Part shown: one piece after another, positions 35,684 to 45,287 of the stretch
How the letters are laid out: each line of letters starts with the position of its first letter
Position numbering within the stretch: position 1 is the stretch's first letter
Source of the DNA: a bacterium
GTDB taxonomy: Bacteria; Electryoneota; JAOADG01
Length of the DNA stretch: 64,000 nucleotides
Reading direction: 5' to 3'
Assembly: GCA_963681965.1 (NCBI GenBank)
Contig: OY820579.1
Location: forward strand, 3,072,001-3,136,000
Notes under the pieces: generated by a model
What the model saw: the letters and a program-made list of their open reading frames with translations, nothing else
Databases searched by the model: none
What the model was told of the DNA's origin: nothing
Translations under genes and position numbers: made by a program

Positions 35684-38032
35684 ATGAATAATAGCATTCG
35701 ACACATCTATAAAATCACTGGTTTCGTCCAAGGGGTTGGCTTTCGCCCCTTCATATATCGTATTGCCCACGAATGCGGTATCAGTGGCTTTGTGCGGAAT
35801 CTCTCCTGGGGTGTCGAAATCGAAGCGCAAGGGGATCCTGAGCAGATAACGTCATTTGAAGTAAAACTTCGATCGGAACTACCACCACTTGCCGAAATTC
35901 ATTCGCTGGAAATAATCGAAATGCCTTTGCTCGATGATTCTCTAGATCATAAATTTTTCATAATTGAAAGTGGCACGAGTACCGCCGAAGCTGCCCTGAT
36001 CAGTCCCGATGTCGCCACTTGTACCGATTGTTTGCGCGAGCTAAACGACCCATCTGATCGTCGTTACCATTACCCCTTCATCAACTGTACGAACTGCGGA
36101 CCCCGTTTCACCATCATTGAGGAAGTACCATATGATCGGGCTAAAACGACGATGCATTGCTTTCCGCTCTGTTCCGATTGCGAACGCGAATACCGCGATC
36201 CCGTCAATCGCCGCTTCCATGCCGAACCGGTCGCATGCCCCGTCTGCGGACCGCATCTTGCATTCGTCGATGGTTCGCAACCGATACCCGCTGAAAATGT
36301 GTTCGGTCAAGATGAAGCGCAATTACAATTAACGATCGGTTCGCTCAAAGCCGGAAAAATAGTCGCAGTGAAAGGCTTGGGGGGATTTCATCTTGTCTGC
36401 GATGCGACAAATGAACCAGCCGTTTTTCGTCTCCGTCAGCGCAAACATCGACCCGATAAACCGCTGGCAATCATGGTTCCAGATCTTGATCAGGTGAGAC
36501 AATTCTGTTTCGTCTCTGAATCGGAAGCAAATGAACTGAAAAGTTTTCGCCAACCGATCCTGTTACTGAAACGTCGAGCAAGTGATGTGCAAGCGAAGAT
36601 ATCTCAACTTGCCGACTCTATTGCGCCCAATCTCAATGAAGTCGGCGTAATGCTCCCTTACACTCCGCTACACCATCTGTTATTCCAACTTGGACAGTTC
36701 CCGGCACTGGTCATGACCAGCGGCAATCGATCCGAAGAACCGATCGTCATCGATAACGATGAAGCAATCCAAAAATTATCGGATATTGCCGACGATTTCT
36801 TGTTACACAATCGTGTCATCTGGAATCGCTGTGACGATTCGGTTGGATACTTTCGCGACCAAACCCCGGTACTGACCCGACGCGCGCGGGGCTTCGCGCC
36901 TCGTCCGGTACCGTTACTCCACGACGCTCCGCCGACTTTGGCAGTCGGTGCGATGTACTGCAATGTCTTCGCACTTGCCGAAAATCGGCGAACATTTTTA
37001 TCGCAACACATCGGCGATGTCGACTCCACCAAAACACTAGATTTCCTGGCTGAATCGGTCGACAAACTGAAACGGTGGTTGCAAATCGATCCTGAGTTGA
37101 TCGTTCACGATCTTCATCCGGATTTGCTCACAACCCGCTATGCGCAACAGGTTGCCGATGGAAAACAATTGTTCCCGGTTCAGCATCATCAAGCTCATTT
37201 CGCTTCAGCACTAACTGCGAATGGTATTGCCGAACCTACTGTCGGGATTGTATTCGATGGCACTGGTTTCGGAACTGATCGGACTATTTGGGGTGGCGAA
37301 TTCTTTGTAGGATCCATTCGGCAAGTGGAGCGAGTCGGTCACCTCCTCCCCTTACCGCTTCCGGGTGGCGACGCTGCTATTCGACGACCGGCTCGGGTAG
37401 CGATCGCTTATATACACACACTACTGCCGGATTACTCCATCGCCCCATTAGCACTCTGGAATAATGTAGATAATGACGTGATCACTGTCGTTCGACAAAT
37501 GGTTGATCAGCGATTCAATACAATCCCAACTTCAAGTATCGGGCGCTTATTTGACGCTGTATCGGCATTACTAAGTGTGCGATTCGAAGTATCTTACGAA
37601 GGACAAGCCGCCATCGAGCTGGAAAGTCTGGCAGAACGCTCCTCAACCGATATTTCCAAACTAGCAGACTACAAGTTACATTTTGCTATTGAGAAGCGCG
37701 ACAACCAATGGATCATTCAACCCAAACCGATGCTGGAGGGATTGATCAATGCGCTGATTGCCGGTCAATCGCGAGCCGATTTAGCGTATCACTTTCATCA
37801 TTCGCTTGCAGAAGTTTCGGCTGATATATCTGAACATATCGCACAGCATCACAGACTGAAGAAAATCGTGTTATGCGGCGGTGTTTTCCAGAATCGATTG
37901 TTGACTCGATTGACCGCATCGAACCTTCGTGCAAGGGGTCTAGAACCCGTTCTGCCGGGAATTATTCCGGTGAATGACGGTGGCATAGCATTAGGGCAAG
38001 TCGCCGTCGCAGCGGCAAATAGAAAGCAGTAG
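35684..38032 (+). CDS. hypF: Carbamoyltransferase HypF
   Basis: GFVQGVGFRPF, two Zn fingers (CTNCGPRF; CPVCGP), KGLGGFHL, QHHQAH, VNDGGIALGQ. Confidence 0.97.
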   Translation: MNNSIRHIYKITGFVQGVGFRPFIYRIAHECGISGFVRNLSWGVEIEAQGDPEQITSFEVKLRSELPPLAEIHSLEIIEMPLLDDSLDHKFFIIESGTSTAEAALISPDVATCTDCLRELNDPSDRRYHYPFINCTNCGPRFTIIEEVPYDRAKTTMHCFPLCSDCEREYRDPVNRRFHAEPVACPVCGPHLAFVDGSQPIPAENVFGQDEAQLQLTIGSLKAGKIVAVKGLGGFHLVCDATNEPAVFRLRQRKHRPDKPLAIMVPDLDQVRQFCFVSESEANELKSFRQPILLLKRRASDVQAKISQLADSIAPNLNEVGVMLPYTPLHHLLFQLGQFPALVMTSGNRSEEPIVIDNDEAIQKLSDIADDFLLHNRVIWNRCDDSVGYFRDQTPVLTRRARGFAPRPVPLLHDAPPTLAVGAMYCNVFALAENRRTFLSQHIGDVDSTKTLDFLAESVDKLKRWLQIDPELIVHDLHPDLLTTRYAQQVADGKQLFPVQHHQAHFASALTANGIAEPTVGIVFDGTGFGTDRTIWGGEFFVGSIRQVERVGHLLPLPLPGGDAAIRRPARVAIAYIHTLLPDYSIAPLALWNNVDNDVITVVRQMVDQRFNTIPTSSIGRLFDAVSALLSVRFEVSYEGQAAIELESLAERSSTDISKLADYKLHFAIEKRDNQWIIQPKPMLEGLINALIAGQSRADLAYHFHHSLAEVSADISEHIAQHHRLKKIVLCGGVFQNRLLTRLTASNLRARGLEPVLPGIIPVNDGGIALGQVAVAAANRKQ

Positions 38033-38041
38033 GAATTCAAA

Positions 38042-38287
38042 ATGTGTTTAGCAGTACCGGGACTCATTAAACAAATCGACCACGGAATGGCAATCGTCGA
38101 TTTCGGCGGCGTTGCCCGTCAAATCGCATTGGATCTTCTTCCCGAAGCAAAACCGGGTGAATACATCCTTGCCCATGCCGGATTTGCCCTCCAGATCATC
38201 GATGAAAAAGAGGCACTCGAGTTATTCGATCTCTTCCGTGAATTGGACGAAAAAATCGCCAGCGATTCGGAGCAGTCGGAGCAATGA
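38042..38287 (+). CDS. hypC: Hydrogenase chaperone HypC
   Basis: MCLAVPG...HAGFAL. Confidence 0.97.
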   Translation: MCLAVPGLIKQIDHGMAIVDFGGVARQIALDLLPEAKPGEYILAHAGFALQIIDEKEALELFDLFRELDEKIASDSEQSEQ

Positions 38288-39363
38288 GTACCGAGCATAA
38301 TCATTCAGTCTCCGATCAATATTTCAATCAAATCGCGAAACTTGTTACACATCCCATCAATCTGATGGAAGTCTGCGGTACCCATACTGTTGCAATCAGC
38401 CGGTTTGGCATCCGTTCACGCTTACCACGCGATCTGCGCTTGCTATCCGGTCCCGGGTGTCCTGTCTGTGTCACCCCCACTGCCATTATCGATACAATCA
38501 TCGAATTATCGCGCCTTCCCGATGTTATCATCGCCACTTTCGGTGACATGCTCCGAGTACCGGGAACAGCTTCTTCGCTGCAGCAGGAACGTGCCAGTGG
38601 AAAATCGATCAAGATTATTTATTCACCGCTGGAAGCGATCGAACTAGCCCAGCAACAACCATCCAAAACGATCGTTTTGGTTGCAGTAGGATTTGAAACG
38701 ACACTACCGGTACTAGCCGCAACGATGATTCGTGCCAAAGAAATGAAATTGGAAAATTTCTTTGCGATACCATCCGGGCGTCTTGCACCTCCGGCAATGG
38801 CTGCACTCCTTCAATCGAACGATGTCAAGATCGATGGTTTCATTTGTCCCGGTCATGTTAGCACCATCATCGGCAGCGCCCCATATCTTCCATTGGCGCG
38901 AGATTATCATGTACCCTGCGTCGTTACCGGTTTTGAAGCCAACGATATTCTTCAGGGCGTAGTGCAATTACTGGAACAGATCGCCGACAATCGTACCGAA
39001 GTCGAGATTCAATACAAACGTGCTGTTTCCGATTCCGGCAATAAAATTGCGCAAGATGCGATCGCTCGCGTCTTCCAAATCGTCGATGCGGAATGGCGCG
39101 GAATTGGTGTAATTCCTCTTTCTGGAATGGAATTCAACGAAGAATTTCACTATTTCGATGCTCGACAGCGCTTCTCAATCACAACTTCGACAACATCAGC
39201 CATGCCAGCCGGATGCCGCTGTGGCGAAATAATGCGGGGAATGAAATTGCCGCCGGAATGCGAGCTATTCGGTCGGAGCTGTACCCCTCAACACGCGGTC
39301 GGTCCCTGCATGGTATCAAGTGAAGGGTGTTGTGCCGCTTACTATCGGTACGGTAGTACATAG
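38284..39363 (+). CDS. hypD: Hydrogenase maturation protein HypD
   Basis: MEVCGTHT, GPGCPVCV, GFETT, PGHVS, GPCMVSSEGCC. Confidence 0.97.
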   Translation: MSTEHNHSVSDQYFNQIAKLVTHPINLMEVCGTHTVAISRFGIRSRLPRDLRLLSGPGCPVCVTPTAIIDTIIELSRLPDVIIATFGDMLRVPGTASSLQQERASGKSIKIIYSPLEAIELAQQQPSKTIVLVAVGFETTLPVLAATMIRAKEMKLENFFAIPSGRLAPPAMAALLQSNDVKIDGFICPGHVSTIIGSAPYLPLARDYHVPCVVTGFEANDILQGVVQLLEQIADNRTEVEIQYKRAVSDSGNKIAQDAIARVFQIVDAEWRGIGVIPLSGMEFNEEFHYFDARQRFSITTSTTSAMPAGCRCGEIMRGMKLPPECELFGRSCTPQHAVGPCMVSSEGCCAAYYRYGST

Positions 39364-39375
39364 GATTTACTTACA

Positions 39376-40383
39376 ATGAGTATTTATCGGGAAACAGCAA
39401 TTATCTTGGATCACGGCGAAGGTGGTGCCGCCACGAATCGACTCGTTCAAAATCTTTTTTTCAAGCATCTTGGTGCACCGACCGTACCAGAAGATGCTAC
39501 GATTGTTCCCGGAAACGATCGACTTGCTATCACCACCGATTCGTTTGTCGTCCGACCAGCCGAATTTCCCGGTGGTAACATCGGCAAGCTTGCGGTCTGC
39601 GGTACAGTTAACGACTTGGCAGTGATGGGTGCTAAACCAGTTTATCTCACAGCGGGATATATTCTGGAAGAAGGGCTGTCGCTTGAAATTCTTGAGCGAA
39701 TTGTCATAGCGATGGCACAAACAGCTCGAGAAGCGGGTGTCAGCATCATTGCCGGTGATACAAAAGTCGTGGGTAAAGGCGATGCCGATGGAATTTTCAT
39801 CAATACTACCGGCGTCGGTTTCGTTCCCGCCGATCGCAATCTTTCCAGTGCCAGCGTCAAACCGGGCGATGCAATTATCGTGAGTGGTACCATTGCTGAA
39901 CACGGAATCGCAGTCATGGTTGCTCGTGAGAGTTTCGGAATTTCCGGAGATCTCCAATCCGATTGCCAGCCGCTGGCGGATTTAGCTGAAGCGCTTATAG
40001 CAGTCGTTCCACAAGTCCGATGTATGCGCGACCCGACTCGCGGCGGCGTCGCGACGACGCTACTCGAAATTGCTACGGCGTCGAATGTCGGAATGATCTT
40101 GAATGAAATGGCTATACCATTGCGTCGACCGGTTCGCGCGGCATGCGATCTGCTTGGGATCGATCCGCTGTATGTCGCTTGCGAAGGTCGCTTTCTCGCG
40201 ATCGTTCCCGATGAGTTGAAAGAAGAAGCGTTGCTTGCGCTTCGACGTCATCCCCGTGGCAAAAACGCCTCGATCATCGGGCAAGCTGTCGTGAGTCCGA
40301 AAGGAGTACATCTAGAAACAATCAACGGTGGCGAACGACCATTGATTGCACTCGAAGGTGCTCAGTTACCGAGAATTTGCTGA
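39376..40383 (+). CDS. hypE: Hydrogenase maturation protein HypE
   Basis: TTDSFVV, GTVNDLA, GDTKVV, RDPTRGG, C-terminal PRIC. Confidence 0.97.
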   Translation: MSIYRETAIILDHGEGGAATNRLVQNLFFKHLGAPTVPEDATIVPGNDRLAITTDSFVVRPAEFPGGNIGKLAVCGTVNDLAVMGAKPVYLTAGYILEEGLSLEILERIVIAMAQTAREAGVSIIAGDTKVVGKGDADGIFINTTGVGFVPADRNLSSASVKPGDAIIVSGTIAEHGIAVMVARESFGISGDLQSDCQPLADLAEALIAVVPQVRCMRDPTRGGVATTLLEIATASNVGMILNEMAIPLRRPVRAACDLLGIDPLYVACEGRFLAIVPDELKEEALLALRRHPRGKNASIIGQAVVSPKGVHLETINGGERPLIALEGAQLPRIC

Positions 40384-40410
40384 AAGTTTAACACGAAGTA
40401 GAAGATTATT

Positions 40411-40764
40411 ATGCACGAAGCATCGATCGCACAACATATCATCGACCAATTGAATGAGCGCATCGCGGACGGAACACTTCCGCCCCGCATCGAAAAAATT
40501 CATTTGAAGATTGGAAAACTTACTGCCGTCGTTCCGGATAACCTCGCTTTTATGTTCGGCGTCTTAGTACAGGGATCTGATCTCGAAAAAGTGCAACTGG
40601 ACATGACGGAAATCGCGGTGCGATGTCAGTGCTTACATTGTAACGTCGAGTATGAGGCTGAGGAGATGAATTTCTGGTGTCGCGAATGCGGATCGCCGGA
40701 AGTGAAAATTGTAACGGGTCGAGAATTATTAATTGATTCGGTAGAGGTAGAAGATGCAAACTAA
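40411..40764 (+). CDS. hypA: Nickel metallochaperone HypA
   Basis: MHE start, two CxxC motifs, GRELLI. Confidence 0.95.
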   Translation: MHEASIAQHIIDQLNERIADGTLPPRIEKIHLKIGKLTAVVPDNLAFMFGVLVQGSDLEKVQLDMTEIAVRCQCLHCNVEYEAEEMNFWCRECGSPEVKIVTGRELLIDSVEVEDAN

Positions 40765-41521
40765 AACCATAAGTGTCGTCACGAAAATATTGGATGCAAA
40801 CACGCGAGTAGCGGCAGAAAATCGACATCGCTTTCAACACGCCGGGGTCTTGACGATCAATCTGATCAGTAGTCCCGGATCGGGAAAAACGACGATCCTT
40901 GAAACCACGATTCCGCGGTTGATTGCCGATGGCTACAAAGTTGGTGTGATCGCCGCAGATATTGCAACCACCGCCGATGCCGAACGCATTGCGGCACACA
41001 ATATTCCCGTCATTCAAATTACAACCGACAGTTTCGGTGGTGCTTGTCATCTTGAAGCGCCTACTGTCCGGCAAGCGCTGGATCAATTCCCACTGGATGG
41101 ATTGGATCTCCTCTTCATTGAAAATGTCGGTAACCTGGTCTGCCCTGCTGAATTCGATATCGGCGAAGCACTGCGCGTGACGCTGATTTCGGTTACCGAA
41201 GGCGAAGACAAACCGTTGAAATATCCATTGGCATTTCGCGTATCCGATTGTGCAGTCGTGACAAAAACCGATCTTATACCCCATCTCCGGATATCGATGG
41301 AGAAACTGCGAAATTGCATTGCCCAGATCAATCCGAAAATGCCGCGATTTGAAGTCTCGTCGCACTCTGGCGAAGGGATGGAACAGTGGATCGATTGGCT
41401 TAAAGCGCAGATTGCGAACAAGGAAGAATTACTGGAGCACGTTCATGCTCACGACGACGGTCTGGAGCACGAGCATGGGCATTCGCACGGACACAGCCAC
41501 GGACATACGCATAGCCACTAA
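40754..41521 (+). CDS. hypB: Nickel-incorporation GTPase HypB with a C-terminal His-rich tail
   Basis: SSPGSGKTT, ACHL, ENVGNLVCPA, TEGEDKPLKYP; tail HEHGHSHGHSHGHTHSH. Confidence 0.96.
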   Translation: MQTKTISVVTKILDANTRVAAENRHRFQHAGVLTINLISSPGSGKTTILETTIPRLIADGYKVGVIAADIATTADAERIAAHNIPVIQITTDSFGGACHLEAPTVRQALDQFPLDGLDLLFIENVGNLVCPAEFDIGEALRVTLISVTEGEDKPLKYPLAFRVSDCAVVTKTDLIPHLRISMEKLRNCIAQINPKMPRFEVSSHSGEGMEQWIDWLKAQIANKEELLEHVHAHDDGLEHEHGHSHGHSHGHTHSH

Positions 41522-41539
41522 TAGCTTAGAGCTAATAAG

Positions 41540-41571
41540 AAAACGGGAAGCGATCTGCTTCCCGTGTTTTG
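41540..41571. terminator. Bidirectional terminator
   Basis: AAAACGGGAAGC-GATCT-GCTTCCCGTGTTTT between convergent genes. Confidence 0.7.
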
Positions 41572-41592
41572 ATTATAATACTAAATGATTCA

Positions 41593-42402
41593 TCAATTAT
41601 CATTTCTTACAATTCGAAATCCAAAATCAAACCCTTGATCGACCGGGGCGCTTGCTAATCGACTAGTTGAAAAACAATTTCCCGGTGTGTCATTCCAAGA
41701 CCCGCCCCGGAGTACTCTAAGCTGAGTGATCGGGTTAAGCCACGCACTTTCAGTCGCTGGTGCACCATTATAGTCATCGTGATAGTAATCTTCACACCAT
41801 TCGTAAATATTACCTGCCATATCGAACAGATTCCAAGTATTGGAGTGTTTTCTTCCTACAATATGTGTCGATTGCGAGCTATTTCCGGAATACCAAGCAT
41901 AATCGTTAATGAGGCTTAGATTATTATCGTTTCCCCAATAGAAATTCGTGGATGACCCGGCTCGAATTGCATATTCCCACTCGGCTTCGCTTGGCAATCG
42001 CCAAAGCACATTACCTGACTGCCGATTCAATGAATCAATTAAAGCGTGAATGTCGATCCAAGAAACACTTTCGACAGGAAGACTATCACCAATAAAATGA
42101 GAAGGATTACTTCTCATGATACCTACCCATTGGTTCTGAGTGAACTCAGTTCTTCCCAACCAGAATCCGGATCGAATATTAACTTGATGTGGAGGACCAG
42201 AATTTTCCGATCCCATCGAGTAAACACCGTTGGGAATCCATGACATCTCAATATTTATACCTGAATTTCCCAACGTGAATGATTGTGTAGTACCTGCAAG
42301 TCTTGTTTGAATTATTGTTACAGGATTAGAAGTGTCGTCGGATTTATTACATCCCGAAAAGCACAAAGCACAACTGAGGAACAATAAAAAAAATAAAAGC
42401 AC
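41593..42402 (-). CDS. Formylglycine-generating enzyme family (SUMF1) lipoprotein
   Basis: Lipobox FSGC; RLPSEAEWEYA, DMAGNIYEWC, RVLRGGSW, GFRIV. Confidence 0.9.
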   Translation of the reverse strand: MLLFFLLFLSCALCFSGCNKSDDTSNPVTIIQTRLAGTTQSFTLGNSGINIEMSWIPNGVYSMGSENSGPPHQVNIRSGFWLGRTEFTQNQWVGIMRSNPSHFIGDSLPVESVSWIDIHALIDSLNRQSGNVLWRLPSEAEWEYAIRAGSSTNFYWGNDNNLSLINDYAWYSGNSSQSTHIVGRKHSNTWNLFDMAGNIYEWCEDYYHDDYNGAPATESAWLNPITQLRVLRGGSWNDTPGNCFSTSRLASAPVDQGFDFGFRIVRNDN

Positions 42403-42556
42403 TTTGCCTCCTTCGACAATTTCAAACTATATCGTGATTATTTACACATTATGATAACCGATAATTAACATTCGATTCTAAGGTGATATGCAGATTAGTA
42501 AACGATCGGGTTATCGTTAAATAGAACTAAGCATTGATCAGAGAAGATCTTGCCGA

Positions 42557-42985
42557 TCATATTCGTTTTGTCAGCGGCGCTCGACCGCATTGATCAATTA
42601 AGGAGCGTGCCAGTTCTGTATAAGCATTGTTGAGTATCACTTCACGCGGGGTGCTAGTACCAAAGCGAGCCGCCACAATCAATACGTTCAATAATTTCGC
42701 ACGATCCAACTCATTGATCAATACTTTGCTCGCAGTGCCGGGCACTTCACCATTGTCCCGAAATCGAGCCAATGGCTTTTCTGTGGGTGGAAACGCATAA
42801 ACCAGCGGCATCACCTGCGCATCGGCAAAACGTTCTTCGGCATATTTGCGTTTCTCTTGAACTTCTTCCGGTGTGTAAACCGGGAATAGCAACGCTTCGA
42901 AACGATTATGCCCTAAGTTCACCAATGCTTGCGCTGTTCGCGCAGGAGAAGAAAAAACGGCTACGTTTCCCGCCGGTTTGTTCAT
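42557..42985 (-). CDS. Divergent YigZ/IMPACT-family N-terminal domain protein
   Basis: DNGEVPGTASKV...LNVLIVAARFG resembles YigZ DDGEPxGTAG...NVxVVVxRYFGG; ATGA overlap with the upstream methyltransferase. Confidence 0.6.
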   Translation of the reverse strand: MNKPAGNVAVFSSPARTAQALVNLGHNRFEALLFPVYTPEEVQEKRKYAEERFADAQVMPLVYAFPPTEKPLARFRDNGEVPGTASKVLINELDRAKLLNVLIVAARFGTSTPREVILNNAYTELARSLIDQCGRAPLTKRI

Positions 42986-43719
42986 CCTTTTCTCCAAACA
43001 GAAACCCAATCGGTCGATAATACCGGATCGAAACCGATTCCAGCTAAATTACCGCTGATGCGAACCGGTTTCCAACCAGCCTTACGGAAAATATTTTCCA
43101 ATTTTTTGGCGCGAATTGGCCAGAGCGGCACACTTGAAGATTGCCACCGATCCTTATGCCAAAGAGCAACAGTCATAATGACCGGCTGACGCGGGGTTTT
43201 GGGGAAATCCAACACTCGTAAGAATAAATGATCTTCGCTCATCACCGGTTTTAAAAAGCGTTCGCGGACTTCCAGTAAACGATCCCAATTTCGATTTTCG
43301 ACGATTAACATGCCACCGCGTTTAGCGCGCTTGAATGTTGCTTCGGCAAAGTCGCCGATTCGAGTCGGCGTCAGGTGAGAAAGCGTATTCCCCAGACAGA
43401 GTTGAGTGGCAAATCCCTTCCAATCTGCTGGCGTACCATCAACCATATCGCCGACAACGATGGGTGGATTCCATTTCGCCAATTTCTTCTGAGCAACTTT
43501 CACGATATTTTCGGAGAGATCCACGCCGTAAGCATGATAGCCTCGTTCTAACAGAGGTTTTAGATGTCCTCCGGTACCACAACCCAAATCTAGAATTGGA
43601 CCAGCTTCCGGTTCGGGAAGAACCAGCATCAATCCCGGTAATTCACGTTGCAAGCGATCCTGCCAATTGATCAACCGGTCGTAATTGTCCTGTAACCAGT
43701 TATAAAGTATAGTTGGCAT
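42982..43719 (-). CDS. Class I SAM-dependent methyltransferase
   Basis: ILDLGCGTG, GVDLS, GDM, CLGNTLSHL. Confidence 0.88.
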   Translation of the reverse strand: MPTILYNWLQDNYDRLINWQDRLQRELPGLMLVLPEPEAGPILDLGCGTGGHLKPLLERGYHAYGVDLSENIVKVAQKKLAKWNPPIVVGDMVDGTPADWKGFATQLCLGNTLSHLTPTRIGDFAEATFKRAKRGGMLIVENRNWDRLLEVRERFLKPVMSEDHLFLRVLDFPKTPRQPVIMTVALWHKDRWQSSSVPLWPIRAKKLENIFRKAGWKPVRISGNLAGIGFDPVLSTDWVSVWRKG

Positions 43720-43743
43720 AGTGTGCTCTCTTTGTTAGTGTGA

Positions 43744-44562
43744 TTATTTTATTCCTAAATCACGATGTTGTAACGCCCATAACGTAGTGAACCAGCCAAA
43801 TGTCGATACCAGCGATAAAATGATCAATCCCGTCCAATTCCAACCATCGGTTGGAAACAAGGTTCGCGGTTCGACCCAGTGCCACAACGAAAATATAATA
43901 TAGGGCTTTAATAGCTTTATGCTTCTACAGATTACTTCCCACAAAATCATTATTAAAACAAAACCGACGATACCTCCCAGAGCAATTCGAAAGCGACCCC
44001 AAATCGCCGCTAACATAGCCCCGAGACTTCCAATCGCGATCGACCATAATATTTGCATCCCCAGCGCTGCGAACAACATCGGAACGCGAACATTCGATAA
44101 TTCCGTGAAATGCAATGTAGCAATCCACCATGTAAATGTTCCGATAAGCTCGATAATCAGAAAACCGGTCAGTTGCGCGAGAATGATCGCTGCTAACCAC
44201 GTCTGCCGGCTGATCGGTCGCGAAAAAACAACGTCTAGCACTCCCCGCTCCTGATCCGATGCAATGTGCCGTAGCGGGAGTTGGATCGCCCAGAAAAGCA
44301 ACGTGACAGTGAATAACGGGTGAGCAAGCGATAACAACAGTGAACCGGTTGGATCCAGTAACATCGGTACATCGGACGAAACCGAAGCTTGAAATTGCGC
44401 GGGCAACATCTTCATCAATTTTACCAATCCCTCGCGAAGGGCTGTCTGTGCAGTCATCCAAGCAAATAGCCAGTTAGCCAACCCAATCCATAGCGAAAGT
44501 AGTAGTAAAACGATCCGATGACGGCGATAGAAATACCGGATGACAATGAGAAATTGTTTCAT
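43744..44562 (-). CDS. ABC-2 type transporter permease
   Basis: Six hydrophobic segments; ERGVLDVVFSRPISR; C-terminal RDL. Confidence 0.85.
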   Translation of the reverse strand: MKQFLIVIRYFYRRHRIVLLLLSLWIGLANWLFAWMTAQTALREGLVKLMKMLPAQFQASVSSDVPMLLDPTGSLLLSLAHPLFTVTLLFWAIQLPLRHIASDQERGVLDVVFSRPISRQTWLAAIILAQLTGFLIIELIGTFTWWIATLHFTELSNVRVPMLFAALGMQILWSIAIGSLGAMLAAIWGRFRIALGGIVGFVLIMILWEVICRSIKLLKPYIIFSLWHWVEPRTLFPTDGWNWTGLIILSLVSTFGWFTTLWALQHRDLGIK

Positions 44563-45260
44563 TTCATTGCCACCATTTCGAAAAAGATCTCTTCGATTTC
44601 AGTTGTCGACGAATAATCCGAACGCTTCAGTATACCGGCTAACTCACCATTGTTAAACACCGCGATCCGATCTGCAAGTTCGTAGGCTTCGCGAAGATCG
44701 TGCGTCGATAGTAAAAGCGTCGTATTGTTCGATCGGAGTTTGAGCAGATTCAGTAAACTTCGCTGTTGGATCGGATCGAGACCATCACTTGGTTCGTCTA
44801 GTATGATTAGATCGGGACGATGCTCCAGTGTGGCAACCAATCCCAATTTCCGTTTCATGCCTTGCGAAAGTGTGCCGGTATAGGAGGTAAGACGATCCTG
44901 CGGAAAATTCAATTGATCTAATAATTCAAGCCGGTAGCTGGGATCCGGTCGACCAGACAGTTCTGCAAGAAATGTCAACCACTCTCCACATTTCACTCCT
45001 AATGGCCACCCCATTTCGCCCGGTAAGTATCCCACTCTCGCACGGGAAGCATTTGATGACGGTTCTCGATCGAAGATGGTAATCGTACCGGAAGTCGGAG
45101 AGATGAGACCGAGCAAGAGGCGAATCGCAGTGGATTTACCCGCGCCATTGGGTCCTAGAAACACCAGACATTCGCCGGAACAACCTTGCAACGTTAATGA
45201 ATTTAACGCTGTAAACGAACCATACTGCTTCGTTACGTTCACATATTCAAATGGTGTCAT
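44559..45260 (-). CDS. ABC transporter ATP-binding protein
   Basis: GPNGAGKST, LSQGMKRK, ILDEPSDGLD, STH. Confidence 0.95.
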   Translation of the reverse strand: MTPFEYVNVTKQYGSFTALNSLTLQGCSGECLVFLGPNGAGKSTAIRLLLGLISPTSGTITIFDREPSSNASRARVGYLPGEMGWPLGVKCGEWLTFLAELSGRPDPSYRLELLDQLNFPQDRLTSYTGTLSQGMKRKLGLVATLEHRPDLIILDEPSDGLDPIQQRSLLNLLKLRSNNTTLLLSTHDLREAYELADRIAVFNNGELAGILKRSDYSSTTEIEEIFFEMVAMK

Positions 45261-45287
45261 TAAAATGTTCCGGTAGATCGTATATCG

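Noticed and set aside
31955-41365. Long antisense or alternative-frame ORFs (e.g. 33418-34119, 34949-35548, 40550-41365)
   Set aside because: They shadow well-supported hydrogenase and hyp genes and show no recognisable motifs.
41440-41521. His-rich HypB tail as a novelty
   Set aside because: His-rich nickel-binding segments are common in HypB and other maturation proteins; only the C-terminal position is mildly unusual.
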